Virus record (IMG/VR): IMGVR_UViG_3300031473_000005
Span: 1 to 32,097 of that record
DNA from: a virus
Taxonomy: Duplodnaviria; Caudoviricetes
DNA length: 32,097 nucleotides
Reading direction: 5' to 3' (one strand)
The notes beneath the pieces were generated by a model that saw only the letters and a program-made list of their open reading frames with translations, did not search any database and had not been told where the DNA came from. The position numbers and the translations under genes are program-made. Below, piece after piece: positions 16,713-25,666 of the stretch (the stretch's first letter is position 1; every line of letters begins with the position of its first letter).

Positions 16713-17192
16713 GTGGAGATCGACATCGACGCCAGTCAGCTGCAGGCGTTCGGCCGTCGCTACCAGGGCGCTTCAAGCATCGTCAAGACCGAGCTTGGCG
16801 TCGCCATGGACCGGAGCACGCTCGCGGTCGAGGCGGGGGCCAAGAGTTACGTCGCCGTCGATACCCACAACCTCCAGCGATCGATCACCTCGGAGGTCCG
16901 GGCGATGGCCGGTGCCGTTCAGGGGTTGGTCGGGACCAACTCGCCCTACGCGCGCAGTCAGGAGTTTGGGCACCCGGCCGGGAAGATGCCGCCACAGGGC
17001 GTCCTCCTTGGATGGATGCGGCGCCATGGCATCGACGAGTCGTTGGAGTTCGTCATTCGCCGCAAGATCGGGCGGTCGGGCTACCCCGCCAAGCCGTTCA
17101 TGCGGCGGGCGCTGGCCGAGAAACGACCGGCCATTCACCGCGAGTTCGAGCAGGTCGCTGCCCGGGTGCTTGCCAAGCTGCGGAGCCGCTGA
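16713..17192 (+). CDS. HK97 gp10-like tail completion protein
   Basis: AKSYVAVDTHNLQRSI, VGTNSPYA..QEFG, AKPFMRRAL. Confidence 0.85.
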   Translation: MEIDIDASQLQAFGRRYQGASSIVKTELGVAMDRSTLAVEAGAKSYVAVDTHNLQRSITSEVRAMAGAVQGLVGTNSPYARSQEFGHPAGKMPPQGVLLGWMRRHGIDESLEFVIRRKIGRSGYPAKPFMRRALAEKRPAIHREFEQVAARVLAKLRSR

Positions 17193-17617
17193 TGGGTCTC
17201 TCGACTGTCCTCACGGCGGTCCGTGATGCGGTCGCGCCCACAGCTGGCATCGATGGATCGGCCTTCTATCCGCCACCGACCACGATTGCGGGCATGCCGT
17301 GCGTCATCGTCGAGGCGGGTGAGGGACAGATCGACCAGGGCGCCACGGAGGGAGAGATCGAGGTCTGGACGCACACGGTCAAGCTCTCGATCTTCGCCTG
17401 CGAGGGCTACCGCAAGGAGATGTACGGGCAGGCGGTCGATCTGCTGGGCGCTGTGACCGCGCAGTTTCGTTCGCAGCTCACGCTCGGCGGGATCGTCGCC
17501 GTCTGCACACCGACACGCTACGCCGTGGGGCGCCTGACCTACGGCCTGGCTGAGTACACCGGAGCGACGCTGACGCTCAGCGTCGAAGAGAAGTTCGCTG
17601 TCGATCTACTGCCCTAG
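17192..17617 (+). CDS. putative tail terminator protein
   Basis: TGATG coupling gives the start at 17192; size, position and YP.P...PCVIV pattern. Confidence 0.65.
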   Translation: MGLSTVLTAVRDAVAPTAGIDGSAFYPPPTTIAGMPCVIVEAGEGQIDQGATEGEIEVWTHTVKLSIFACEGYRKEMYGQAVDLLGAVTAQFRSQLTLGGIVAVCTPTRYAVGRLTYGLAEYTGATLTLSVEEKFAVDLLP

Positions 17618-17631
17618 GAGGTGATCTCACC

Positions 17632-18003
17632 ATGACCAAGTCGCGCCCAACAAAGTTGCACTACATGGCCGGGATCAGCCGCCCCCATGGGGAGTATTTC
17701 CCTGGCGTACCAATGCGCGACCTTGAGGCCGACGACATCGAGGCGCTCACTGATGAGCAGATGGCCGATGCGATGGCGACCTCGCCGGGCTATTCCGGTC
17801 CGCTCTACCAGGTGACCAAACCCGCTGCAAAGAGTGAGGCGCCGCCCAAGAAGACGGCGTCCTCTCCCAAGAAGGCGGCGAGCACGCGGCCCACTCCTAC
17901 GAAGCCAACGTCAGCGGCGCCAGTCGAGCCGGATCCCGTTCCCCCTGATGCGCCCGAGGCGGCGCCGAGCGATCAGACCGGCGCCGCCGGAGAGCAGGAG
18001 TAG
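17632..18003 (+). CDS. hypothetical protein with Pro/Ala/Lys-rich tail
   Basis: AGGAGGTG SD; PGVPMRDL motif; precedes tail tube. Confidence 0.7.
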   Translation: MTKSRPTKLHYMAGISRPHGEYFPGVPMRDLEADDIEALTDEQMADAMATSPGYSGPLYQVTKPAAKSEAPPKKTASSPKKAASTRPTPTKPTSAAPVEPDPVPPDAPEAAPSDQTGAAGEQE

Positions 18004-18006
18004 ACC

Positions 18007-19011
18007 GTGCCTGGATATGCCAATGTCACCCGGCTGAAGCGCGTACAGGCCGGGTTGGAGACGACACGAGGGACGGCAGGCTCCGTCACCCGTCGCGTCT
18101 ATGGCGCCGCGATGCTCAAGCACTCGCAGGACATCATCGAGGTGCCCGACGAGTCCGGCGACTTCTGGGGCGGCGATGTCATCGTCTCGGGCGAGGCCGA
18201 GGTTGGCTTCACGATCGAGGCCGTCTGCACGCATGAGGACCTACCGTGGTGGCTGGAGCTGGGGCTGAAGGGCGGCGTCGTCGCCGTCGCCGGCACCGGA
18301 ACTCCGCTGCCCTACACCCGGACGTACACGCCGTCCGGCACCGTCGACGATCTCAAGACCGCCACCTGGGAGTACGGCTGGGGCACGACCGTCTATCGCT
18401 CGACGATGGTCGGGGTCCGAAACATGACGATCATGTCCAACCGAGGCGACGCCGTCTATTGGAAGATCACCGCCGATCTGTTCGCCCGTGACCTGGCGGC
18501 GATCGGCGCCTTCACGGCGGCGATCCCTAGCCGGACCCGTGAAGCGATTCTCGCCCGTGGCGCCAAGCTCTACATCGATGAGCCCGCTGGCACCGTCGGC
18601 ACGACACAGGTGATCGGCAAGTACCGATCGTTCTCGGTGACGATCGACAACGGCATCGACTTCAAGCGGTTCGGCGAGTCGGACATCTTCGTCGCTCCCG
18701 ACTTCGGACGCGGTCAGCAGGTCGTGACCGGCGAGATCGTGCTGGAGCAGGTGGACGACGTTGAGTACGCCAAGCAGCGGCTCGCCACCGCCCGGCGGAT
18801 TCGCCTCGAATCTCTCGGCAGCATCATCAACGGCGTCGGCGCCACGCCGAAGCGGGCGCGGATCGACCTCGGTAACGCCTACTGGAACGCCCCAACCGAG
18901 GGCACCGCCGGCGAGAACATTACCCAGTCGTTTGGCTACGTAGCTAAACCAAGTGCAGGAGTCGCGCCGATCACCATCGAAAGCGTCACGGGACTGCTCA
19001 CCCTGCCGTAG
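18007..19011 (+). CDS. major tail (tube) protein
   Basis: VQAGLETTRGT N-terminus, YTRTYTP, SFSVTIDNG, VTGEIVL; position before chaperones and tape measure. Confidence 0.82.
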   Translation: MPGYANVTRLKRVQAGLETTRGTAGSVTRRVYGAAMLKHSQDIIEVPDESGDFWGGDVIVSGEAEVGFTIEAVCTHEDLPWWLELGLKGGVVAVAGTGTPLPYTRTYTPSGTVDDLKTATWEYGWGTTVYRSTMVGVRNMTIMSNRGDAVYWKITADLFARDLAAIGAFTAAIPSRTREAILARGAKLYIDEPAGTVGTTQVIGKYRSFSVTIDNGIDFKRFGESDIFVAPDFGRGQQVVTGEIVLEQVDDVEYAKQRLATARRIRLESLGSIINGVGATPKRARIDLGNAYWNAPTEGTAGENITQSFGYVAKPSAGVAPITIESVTGLLTLP

Positions 19012-19033
19012 GCGCTGGCTGACCGCGTGATGG

Positions 19034-19057
19034 GCCGCCGGTGACGGTGTCGGCGGC
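19034..19057 (+). other. intergenic GC hairpin after the tail tube gene
   Basis: GCCGCCG...CGGCGGC inverted repeat without a U-tract. Confidence 0.45.
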
Positions 19058-19076
19058 AGGATCGAAGGAGGAACGG

Positions 19077-19511
19077 ATGAAGGCGATGAACGGGGCGGCG
19101 ATGAACCCGATGGACCTGGTGATGTTTCGTCCGACACCGCGCTACCGGTGGGTCACGTGTGAGGACCCCGACCTGATCGACGAGAGCGGTACGCCGTTCC
19201 GGGCGGAGATTCTGGTCTCACTCACAGGCGACCAGATCATCGAGGTCGGCAAGCCGGTGATGCCCTGGCGGGAAGCGGCGGAGCTGATGGCGCCGATGGT
19301 CCGGGCGTGGAACTTCGAGACGCCACCGCCGGCAGAGGCCGGGCCGGAGGCGCTCCTTGCGATCGACATCAGCCTCCTTGAGTGGGTCTGGTTACAGATT
19401 CGCATCGCCCGTTTCGGAGGACCGGAACGAAAAAACTCACCGACGCCTGCTACGCCGTTGGACGCGAAGCAGGCCGAAGACGAGGACGAGGGAGTGATCG
19501 TCGTCGCCTGA
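19077..19511 (+). CDS. tail assembly chaperone (gpG-like)
   Basis: AAGGAGG SD, VRAWNF motif, lies between tube and tape measure, contains slippery site. Confidence 0.75.
   Translation: MKAMNGAAMNPMDLVMFRPTPRYRWVTCEDPDLIDESGTPFRAEILVSLTGDQIIEVGKPVMPWREAAELMAPMVRAWNFETPPPAEAGPEALLAIDISLLEWVWLQIRIARFGGPERKNSPTPATPLDAKQAEDEDEGVIVVA
19430..19436 (+). other. programmed -1 ribosomal frameshift site A AAA AAC
   Basis: Reads cgA AAA AAC in the chaperone frame; the -1 frame stays open to 19741. Confidence 0.8.
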
Positions 19512-19741
19512 CCGATGCCACCGCGACCGTGCCGCTGATGCTCTCGATCGCGCTCTCGGTGGACCTCAGCCCGCCACCGCTTCACGTGTGGCTCTATCAG
19601 CTCGATCTTGACCTCTGGCAGGAACTCATCGACGCGAAGGCAGCGTTTCTCCGGGGTCAGCAGGACGTCGAATCCGAAGCGAACGCGAGCGCCGAGCAAC
19701 GGGCATTGACCGCGCAGTATCTCAAGGGCAACGAGGGATAG
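19430..19741 (+). CDS. frameshift extension of the tail assembly chaperone (gpT-like part of gpGT)
   Basis: -1 frame ORF ending 3 nt before the tape measure ATG. Confidence 0.7.
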   Translation, partial: KKLTDACYAVGREAGRRRGRGSDRRRLTDATATVPLMLSIALSVDLSPPPLHVWLYQLDLDLWQELIDAKAAFLRGQQDVESEANASAEQRALTAQYLKGNEG

Positions 19742-19744
19742 GGC

Positions 19745-22700
19745 ATGTCGGATCGCGTTGAGGTCCTGATCACCGCCAAAGACAACCTCTCGCCGGTCCT
19801 GGCAAAGGCCGGGGCGAGCGGGACGAAGATGGGCGACCAACTCTCACGGTCAAGTAAGACCGCGTCGGCGGGGTTGCGCGATCTCGGCACATCGGCCAAG
19901 GCGACGGATGCCGATCTGGGGCGGCTCGAAGCCGAAGCGTCGAAAACGGGGTCGTCGTTAGACAAAGCCAAAGCCGGTGCCACCGCCTTCGGTGCGGCGC
20001 TCGGGCTCCTGACATCTGTGGCTGCGAAAGCGGGACAGGCGTCCGTTCAGCAGGCCCAGCAGATCCGCGCGCTCGACAAAGCCTACGGCGACGGCTCGCA
20101 GTCGATGCAGGACTTCGCCAAGCACATCCAAGAGACCACGACATTCAGCGATGAGCAGGCGCGGCAGGCGGAGATCACCGCCTCGACGCTGGCCCGAAAC
20201 TACGGGCTGACGACGGAGCAGATTCAGGGGCTCATCACCGCCTCGGCCGACCTCGCCGCGGTGACCGGTATCAACCTCGACGACGCCGTGCAGCGCACAT
20301 CCGCGGCTATCCGGGGAGAGGCCGAGTCCGCCGAGGCCCTTGGCCTCACGATGAACCAGGCGGCCATCGACCATGAGGGGTTGACCCTCACGATGAGTAA
20401 CCAGGAGGCCGCCGCCTTCCGCCTTAAGGCGCTCATGGAGCAAAGCGCCTTCGCGACCGGGGCGGCGGGTGAGGCGGCGGCAACCACGTCCGGGAAGGTC
20501 CGCCAGATCGAAAACGCCTTCCAGGATGCGGCGACCGGCGTCGGTGGCTTCCTCGGACCAGTGGGCCAGGTTGCCGCTGAGCTTGCCCCGGTAGCGATCG
20601 CCCTGCCGGTGATCGGGGCCGGCCTCGGCAAGATCGCGACGCCTGCCGCCGCGGCTGGTAAGGGGCTGGTAGCGATGGCTGCTAGCTCCGGAGGCGTGGG
20701 AGCCCTTGGGACGGCGGTAACTGGCCTCGGGGCAGCGGCGATCGTGGCTGCCCCCGCCGTGATCGCCGTCGCGCTGGCGATGCACCAGGCAGGCGAGGCT
20801 GCGGCAACGTCCGACGCACAGACCGCCGAAGTCGATGCGCGTGTTGCGCAGATGGGCGAGGCGTTCCAGACCACGGGTGATCAGATTCTCGACTTCATCC
20901 GTACCTATCGCGGGGTGGACGTTGGGACCGTCGTCGGTGGACAGGCTGTTTTCCTGGCCGACGCCTTCGAGAAGTCGATCAACCTGACCGATGAGCAGAC
21001 CGCGTCACTGAGTCACCTGATCGATACGGCGAACCCGACCGCCGAGCAGGTATCGGCGGTGACGGCGGCGATCTTTACCTTCAGCGAGGCGAACGCCAAC
21101 GCGGCACAGACCTCACTTGAAACCGCTCGCGGCATGGTCCAGATCGCGACGGCGGCAAGCACTGCGAGCGCAGCCATCGCCCTCCACAACACACAACTTG
21201 GAAGCGCGAATCAAACGGCGCTGGAAACGGCGCGCTCTTCGGTTGCCATCGAGAGCGGCATCGCCAGCCGGGCAAAGGCGTGGAACGAAGAACAGGCGAA
21301 GATCAAGGTCGATCAACAGGCGATGCTCGACCTCGGCAACACGATGAGCACCGTGGCCAGGCAGACCGCCCTCGAAACCGCTCGATCTTCGGTCACGATC
21401 TCGGGCAGCTACCGCCTCCAGGCGCTTGCCGCGATGGAAAACGCGGGCGCGATGGAAGAGGCCGCGACGGCGCAGCGAGAGCGCCAGCGTGAGGCGCAAC
21501 GGCTGGCGGTTGAGCTGACCAACACCTACCGCGATCAGCTCGGCGTGCAGACAACCATGCTGCAGTCGATCGTCGCGTTGGAGCGGGCCAGCAGCGGCGG
21601 TGGCACCAAGTTCAACGTCGATACCAGCGGCGTGGCGGAGCTGGCCCTCGGCCTGACCAACGCGGCAGTGCAGATGGACCTCAGCGTCGGGGTGATCGTC
21701 GGCGGTCTCGATGCCATTGGGCAGCGGAGCGAGGGTCTGGCAAAGACCGCGACCGATCTGGTGGGGGCGTTCGGCGAGTGGGCACAGATCGACGATCTCC
21801 TCGCCGCCGGCGCCGTGTCGATGGGGACGTACAACAGCGCCGTCGCCGCGGGCTATGCCATCCAGAACGACAACGTCGCCGTGCAGCAGGCGCTCGGTGG
21901 GGTGATGGCCCAGCAGCTCCCCTATCTGGCGCAGCAAGAGGCTGCCTATGCGGCCCAAGTCGCCCAGCTCGGGGAGCTGACGCCGGCGCAACAGCGCCTC
22001 GCCCTGGCGTACATGGACACCGGCGAGCAGGCCAAGATTCAGTCCGCCTTCGCCCTCGCCGCGTCGGCCAACATGGGCGAGCTCGGCGCGAACGGGAAGC
22101 GCGCCGCCGAGCAGATGATCGCCAGCTCCACGGCAGCCGATCCGTTCCTCAAGGCAACGCTCCTTGATATGGGGCTGATCAATGAGGGCGCGGACGGCAC
22201 GATCTCGATCGACTACGGTCAGGCCAGTCAGGCCCACAGCGAGATCACCATCCTCACCGAGTCGATCGACGCCCTGATCACGACGCTGGGCGGCATTCCG
22301 CCGGCGCACGTCGGTATGGACGACCAGGAGTTCCACGCCAAGAACGCCGGCGTTCTCTCCGCGCTCGCGGTGACAAGTGGCACCACGGCGGTGCCCACCA
22401 TCGATGGCAACCCGGCGCCGTTCGATGGCAAGAACGCGGCGGTGCTGGGCAACCTGGCGATCACGTCCGGCGTGGTGGCGGTGCCGACCTTCGATGGTAA
22501 CCCAGCGCCCTTCGACGGGGTCAATTCCGGTGTCCTCGGCAGCCTGGCGGTGACCAGCGGTATCACCGCCACACCGGGGATCGATGCCATCGACAACGCC
22601 AGCGGCACGATCGCCAGCGTCTCGGGCCAGCTCTACGACATGGACGGCCGCACGGCCACGACCTACATCGACACGGTCTATCGCACGAGCTATGTCGCGG

Positions 22701-23014
22701 CGGGCGGTCGGTCGGGATATACGCCTGGGTATCAGCACGGTGGGGTCGTCTCCGACGATGACGGCATTGCACGCATCCCGGCGGCGCAGCACGGGCGAAT
22801 GGTCATGGTCGGGGAAGCGGGCCGCGAGCTCGTCAAACTCCCAGGCGGCAGTCAGGTCATCCCCCACACGGCAAGCGAAGCCATGCTCTCGCGTGGCGGC
22901 GGTGACGCAGGCGGGATGGTCTTCAACAACTACGGCTCGGTGCAGTTTGTGGTCCCGAACGCCAACGTGGCCCGCGCCATCCAGCAGCAGCTGACCGGGA
23001 TGGGCCGGGTCTGA
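19745..23014 (+). CDS. tail tape measure protein
   Basis: 1089 aa, Ala-rich; VEVLITAKDNLS N-terminus; C-terminal YQHGG...MVGEAGRELV.LP.GSQVIP. Confidence 0.93.
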   Translation: MSDRVEVLITAKDNLSPVLAKAGASGTKMGDQLSRSSKTASAGLRDLGTSAKATDADLGRLEAEASKTGSSLDKAKAGATAFGAALGLLTSVAAKAGQASVQQAQQIRALDKAYGDGSQSMQDFAKHIQETTTFSDEQARQAEITASTLARNYGLTTEQIQGLITASADLAAVTGINLDDAVQRTSAAIRGEAESAEALGLTMNQAAIDHEGLTLTMSNQEAAAFRLKALMEQSAFATGAAGEAAATTSGKVRQIENAFQDAATGVGGFLGPVGQVAAELAPVAIALPVIGAGLGKIATPAAAAGKGLVAMAASSGGVGALGTAVTGLGAAAIVAAPAVIAVALAMHQAGEAAATSDAQTAEVDARVAQMGEAFQTTGDQILDFIRTYRGVDVGTVVGGQAVFLADAFEKSINLTDEQTASLSHLIDTANPTAEQVSAVTAAIFTFSEANANAAQTSLETARGMVQIATAASTASAAIALHNTQLGSANQTALETARSSVAIESGIASRAKAWNEEQAKIKVDQQAMLDLGNTMSTVARQTALETARSSVTISGSYRLQALAAMENAGAMEEAATAQRERQREAQRLAVELTNTYRDQLGVQTTMLQSIVALERASSGGGTKFNVDTSGVAELALGLTNAAVQMDLSVGVIVGGLDAIGQRSEGLAKTATDLVGAFGEWAQIDDLLAAGAVSMGTYNSAVAAGYAIQNDNVAVQQALGGVMAQQLPYLAQQEAAYAAQVAQLGELTPAQQRLALAYMDTGEQAKIQSAFALAASANMGELGANGKRAAEQMIASSTAADPFLKATLLDMGLINEGADGTISIDYGQASQAHSEITILTESIDALITTLGGIPPAHVGMDDQEFHAKNAGVLSALAVTSGTTAVPTIDGNPAPFDGKNAAVLGNLAITSGVVAVPTFDGNPAPFDGVNSGVLGSLAVTSGITATPGIDAIDNASGTIASVSGQLYDMDGRTATTYIDTVYRTSYVAAGGRSGYTPGYQHGGVVSDDDGIARIPAAQHGRMVMVGEAGRELVKLPGGSQVIPHTASEAMLSRGGGDAGGMVFNNYGSVQFVVPNANVARAIQQQLTGMGRV
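22331..22600 (+). repeat. three 90-bp (30-aa) tandem repeats in the tape measure gene
   Basis: Units start at 22331, 22421 and 22511: F..KN..VL..LA.TSG..A.PT.DGNPAP. Confidence 0.8.
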
Positions 23015-25389
23015 TGAAGATCCTCAGCTACGCCGATGTTGACTTTGCCGCGCTCGGGGTCGGCGCTGGTATCCCGAGTGACTTCCCCGGTTGGGATGTG
23101 CAGACACAAGAGCTTGCCCGGCCCGGTGCGCCGCCGGCGATGGCCGACAACCGGCTGGGCGCTCGTCCCATCCCCGTCGTCTTCACGGTCAAAAGCGGGT
23201 CGATCGAAACCACGTTCTCCGCGCTGCGTCGATCCCTGGCGCCGCTCGACCCATCCCCGCGCCGGATGGTTGCCCAGCGTGGGGATGGCTCCCTCGTGGA
23301 GATCATGGCGCGGGTCGGCCCCTGGGCCAAACTCAACACCAACCAGCTCCAGGTCACGTTCTCCGCCGCCGACCTCGTCTGGTCGCGTCAGGTGGCGCGC
23401 TCGGCCACCAAGTCGTTCTCGCGCAACGACGATCACTCACTCGCCGTTTCGGTCGGCGGTGATGTGGCCGTCGCGCCGATCATTCGCATCCAGCCGACGG
23501 GACAGCGAACCGGCTCAACCTCGGCGACTGGCTGGAAATACCGCCGGCGCCTGACGATCACCAACAACGCCACCGGCGGCCTCAACCGCTATCCGGTGCG
23601 GATCAACATCGGGAACACCGCCACGCTCGTCACGGCCGGCAAGGCGCGCAGCGATGGGTATGATCTGCGCGTCTGGTACAACGGCCAAGACATCGGCCGC
23701 CGTCTAATCAACTGGAACACGGCATCGACCTGGTTGTGGGTCACGATTCCCCGGCTGGCCACTGGCAAAACGGCGACGATCGCCATCGTCTACGGCAACG
23801 CCAACGCCGATCCTAGCCCCAACCCCGCCGGGACGGCTGACAATCCGATCTTCGATCTCGACAACTCCACGAATGCGCAATGGGCCTACAACGTCATTGA
23901 GACGCTCGCACCAGGAGGCGGTAATCGGGGGATCGGTGGGTGGTATCTGAGCAGCACCGATCGCTGGCCGGCTCGCGTCAGCTTCGATTCACCCGGCGGC
24001 TGGCAACGCGTGCTCACGCTCGATAACCCTGACAATCGCGACGACCTCAACCAGGAGCGCTGGAACACCTTTACGGTCACCGGCTCGACCTACTATCACG
24101 GCCGCTTCATGGCGCGTCGGCTGCGTGCCGACGCGGCCAACCTCAGCGACGAGGGCCTCGCGGACGGCGTGATGCTCTCCAACCCGCTCGGCATCATCAG
24201 CGTCTACGCCGATCTGCGCCTCTATAACAACAGCGGGCCAACCGGCACGACAACCGATCCGGGGATCGGCAAGGTCGTTATTCTGGCGCGTGAGAGTGGC
24301 GCCGAGACGTGGCAAAAGCTCTACGAGAACACGTCGGTGCAGGTGCCGGAAGTCACGATCGCTGCCGCGACCTATGCCACCGCGTACCCCTACGCCAAGC
24401 AGATCGCGTTTGCCGTCTGGCCGTATGGGGATACCGAGATTCCACCCGAAACCCCGGACTGGAAGCGCATCTATGCCTCGTGGTGGACGGCGCTGACCGT
24501 CAATCTTGATAGCTCGAAACTGGTCTTGAGCGGCCTGGGAGCCGAGACAGCCATCTACGAAGTCGGCACAATCCTCACCCTTGGCAGTCCCGCCACCGCG
24601 CCGTATCACCGGCTCTATGTCGGCGGCGCCAGCGATCGGCGGCTCGCGACCGAACTCAACCAAGTCCTCGTGCTGGATTGTGCGCGTCGCAGCTTGCAGG
24701 TCTGGGACTCGGGCCTGACCGCCAAGGTCGAGGACGCGCCGATTTCATCGATCGCGGCGTTCCAGGTTGACCCAGTGGACGGCGGGACGGTGGCGTATGT
24801 GCCGCGCGACTGGCTGCCACTGAAGCCGACGTCGCTCCAACTGATCACAAATCCCGACTTTGGGACGGACCTGACTGGGTGGTCGGTCGTCAATACGGCC
24901 GCTGGCGTGGGCGTGAGCTGGTCGGTCGATACCGTGACCTACGAGGTGGGGCCGGGCGCGGCGCGGGCGATCATCTCAACGAGCACGGCGCCGATCGGGA
25001 TCGCGACGAGCATCCTCAGTGGGACCAAGCTGCCGGTGGGGCCGGGCGATGCCCACCATGTGGCGGCGGCGGTTCGCACCAATGCCACCGGCGTCCGGCC
25101 TCGGCTCGGGATCAATTGGTATCGCGCGAATGGCACCTTTCTCACCGGCGCGATGGAGTCCTCGTGGGGTCCGACGCCCGATATCTGGTATCGCCGCGTC
25201 TTTCAAGCAATTGCCCCGGCAGAGGCGGCAACAGCCCAGGTCGTGATGATCGTCTATGGGGAGGCGGCGGGCGGGACTGGCACCGTGCGCTTTGACAGTG
25301 TGAGCTGGGACGAGAACGAGTTGATCGTCGAAGACCCCGCGCCGGGGACGGTGCAGGTGACGGCGGTTTGGACGGAGGGTGTGCTGTGA
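23014..25389 (+). CDS. distal tail protein (Dit-like) with DUF2341-like and carbohydrate-binding insertions
   Basis: Follows tape measure; GWKYRRRLTITN...DLRV...LWVTIP.L...IVYGN (DUF2341-like); LITNPDFGTDLTGW...VRFDSV (CBM4/9-like). Confidence 0.75.
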   Translation: MKILSYADVDFAALGVGAGIPSDFPGWDVQTQELARPGAPPAMADNRLGARPIPVVFTVKSGSIETTFSALRRSLAPLDPSPRRMVAQRGDGSLVEIMARVGPWAKLNTNQLQVTFSAADLVWSRQVARSATKSFSRNDDHSLAVSVGGDVAVAPIIRIQPTGQRTGSTSATGWKYRRRLTITNNATGGLNRYPVRINIGNTATLVTAGKARSDGYDLRVWYNGQDIGRRLINWNTASTWLWVTIPRLATGKTATIAIVYGNANADPSPNPAGTADNPIFDLDNSTNAQWAYNVIETLAPGGGNRGIGGWYLSSTDRWPARVSFDSPGGWQRVLTLDNPDNRDDLNQERWNTFTVTGSTYYHGRFMARRLRADAANLSDEGLADGVMLSNPLGIISVYADLRLYNNSGPTGTTTDPGIGKVVILARESGAETWQKLYENTSVQVPEVTIAAATYATAYPYAKQIAFAVWPYGDTEIPPETPDWKRIYASWWTALTVNLDSSKLVLSGLGAETAIYEVGTILTLGSPATAPYHRLYVGGASDRRLATELNQVLVLDCARRSLQVWDSGLTAKVEDAPISSIAAFQVDPVDGGTVAYVPRDWLPLKPTSLQLITNPDFGTDLTGWSVVNTAAGVGVSWSVDTVTYEVGPGAARAIISTSTAPIGIATSILSGTKLPVGPGDAHHVAAAVRTNATGVRPRLGINWYRANGTFLTGAMESSWGPTPDIWYRRVFQAIAPAEAATAQVVMIVYGEAAGGTGTVRFDSVSWDENELIVEDPAPGTVQVTAVWTEGVL

Positions 25390-25664
25390 GGACGTTTAGC
25401 CGTCAAGCCTTGGCCGACGCTATTGTCGAGCCGGGGATCGGTCCGGTACGCGCGCGTGATCTGCTGGAGGCCATCCGCGACGATCTCGTCGGGATGACCC
25501 AGTGGCTCGTCTCCCCGGCAGGGCAAGGGGCAGACGAGGCGTCCTGGTTGGCGGCGTTTCCGTCGATCCGTGGTGCGCTTGGAGCCCAGGTCTCCGATGA
25601 GGTGACGGCGCGGGCGGTGATGCGCCTCGTCGCGACGATGGGCGATGGCGAGGTTATCGGCTAG
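25386..25664 (+). CDS. hypothetical helical protein
   Basis: GTGA coupling, GGAGGG SD. Confidence 0.6.
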   Translation: MRTFSRQALADAIVEPGIGPVRARDLLEAIRDDLVGMTQWLVSPAGQGADEASWLAAFPSIRGALGAQVSDEVTARAVMRLVATMGDGEVIG

Positions 25665-25666
25665 CG

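Noticed and set aside
21113-22867. 584-aa minus-strand ORF
   Set aside because: Antisense shadow of the tape measure gene; no recognisable domain
2081-23017. CTGATGA hammerhead-core matches near 2081, 17750 and 23011
   Set aside because: All lie in coding sequence or a stop/start overlap, and I saw no supporting hammerhead stems
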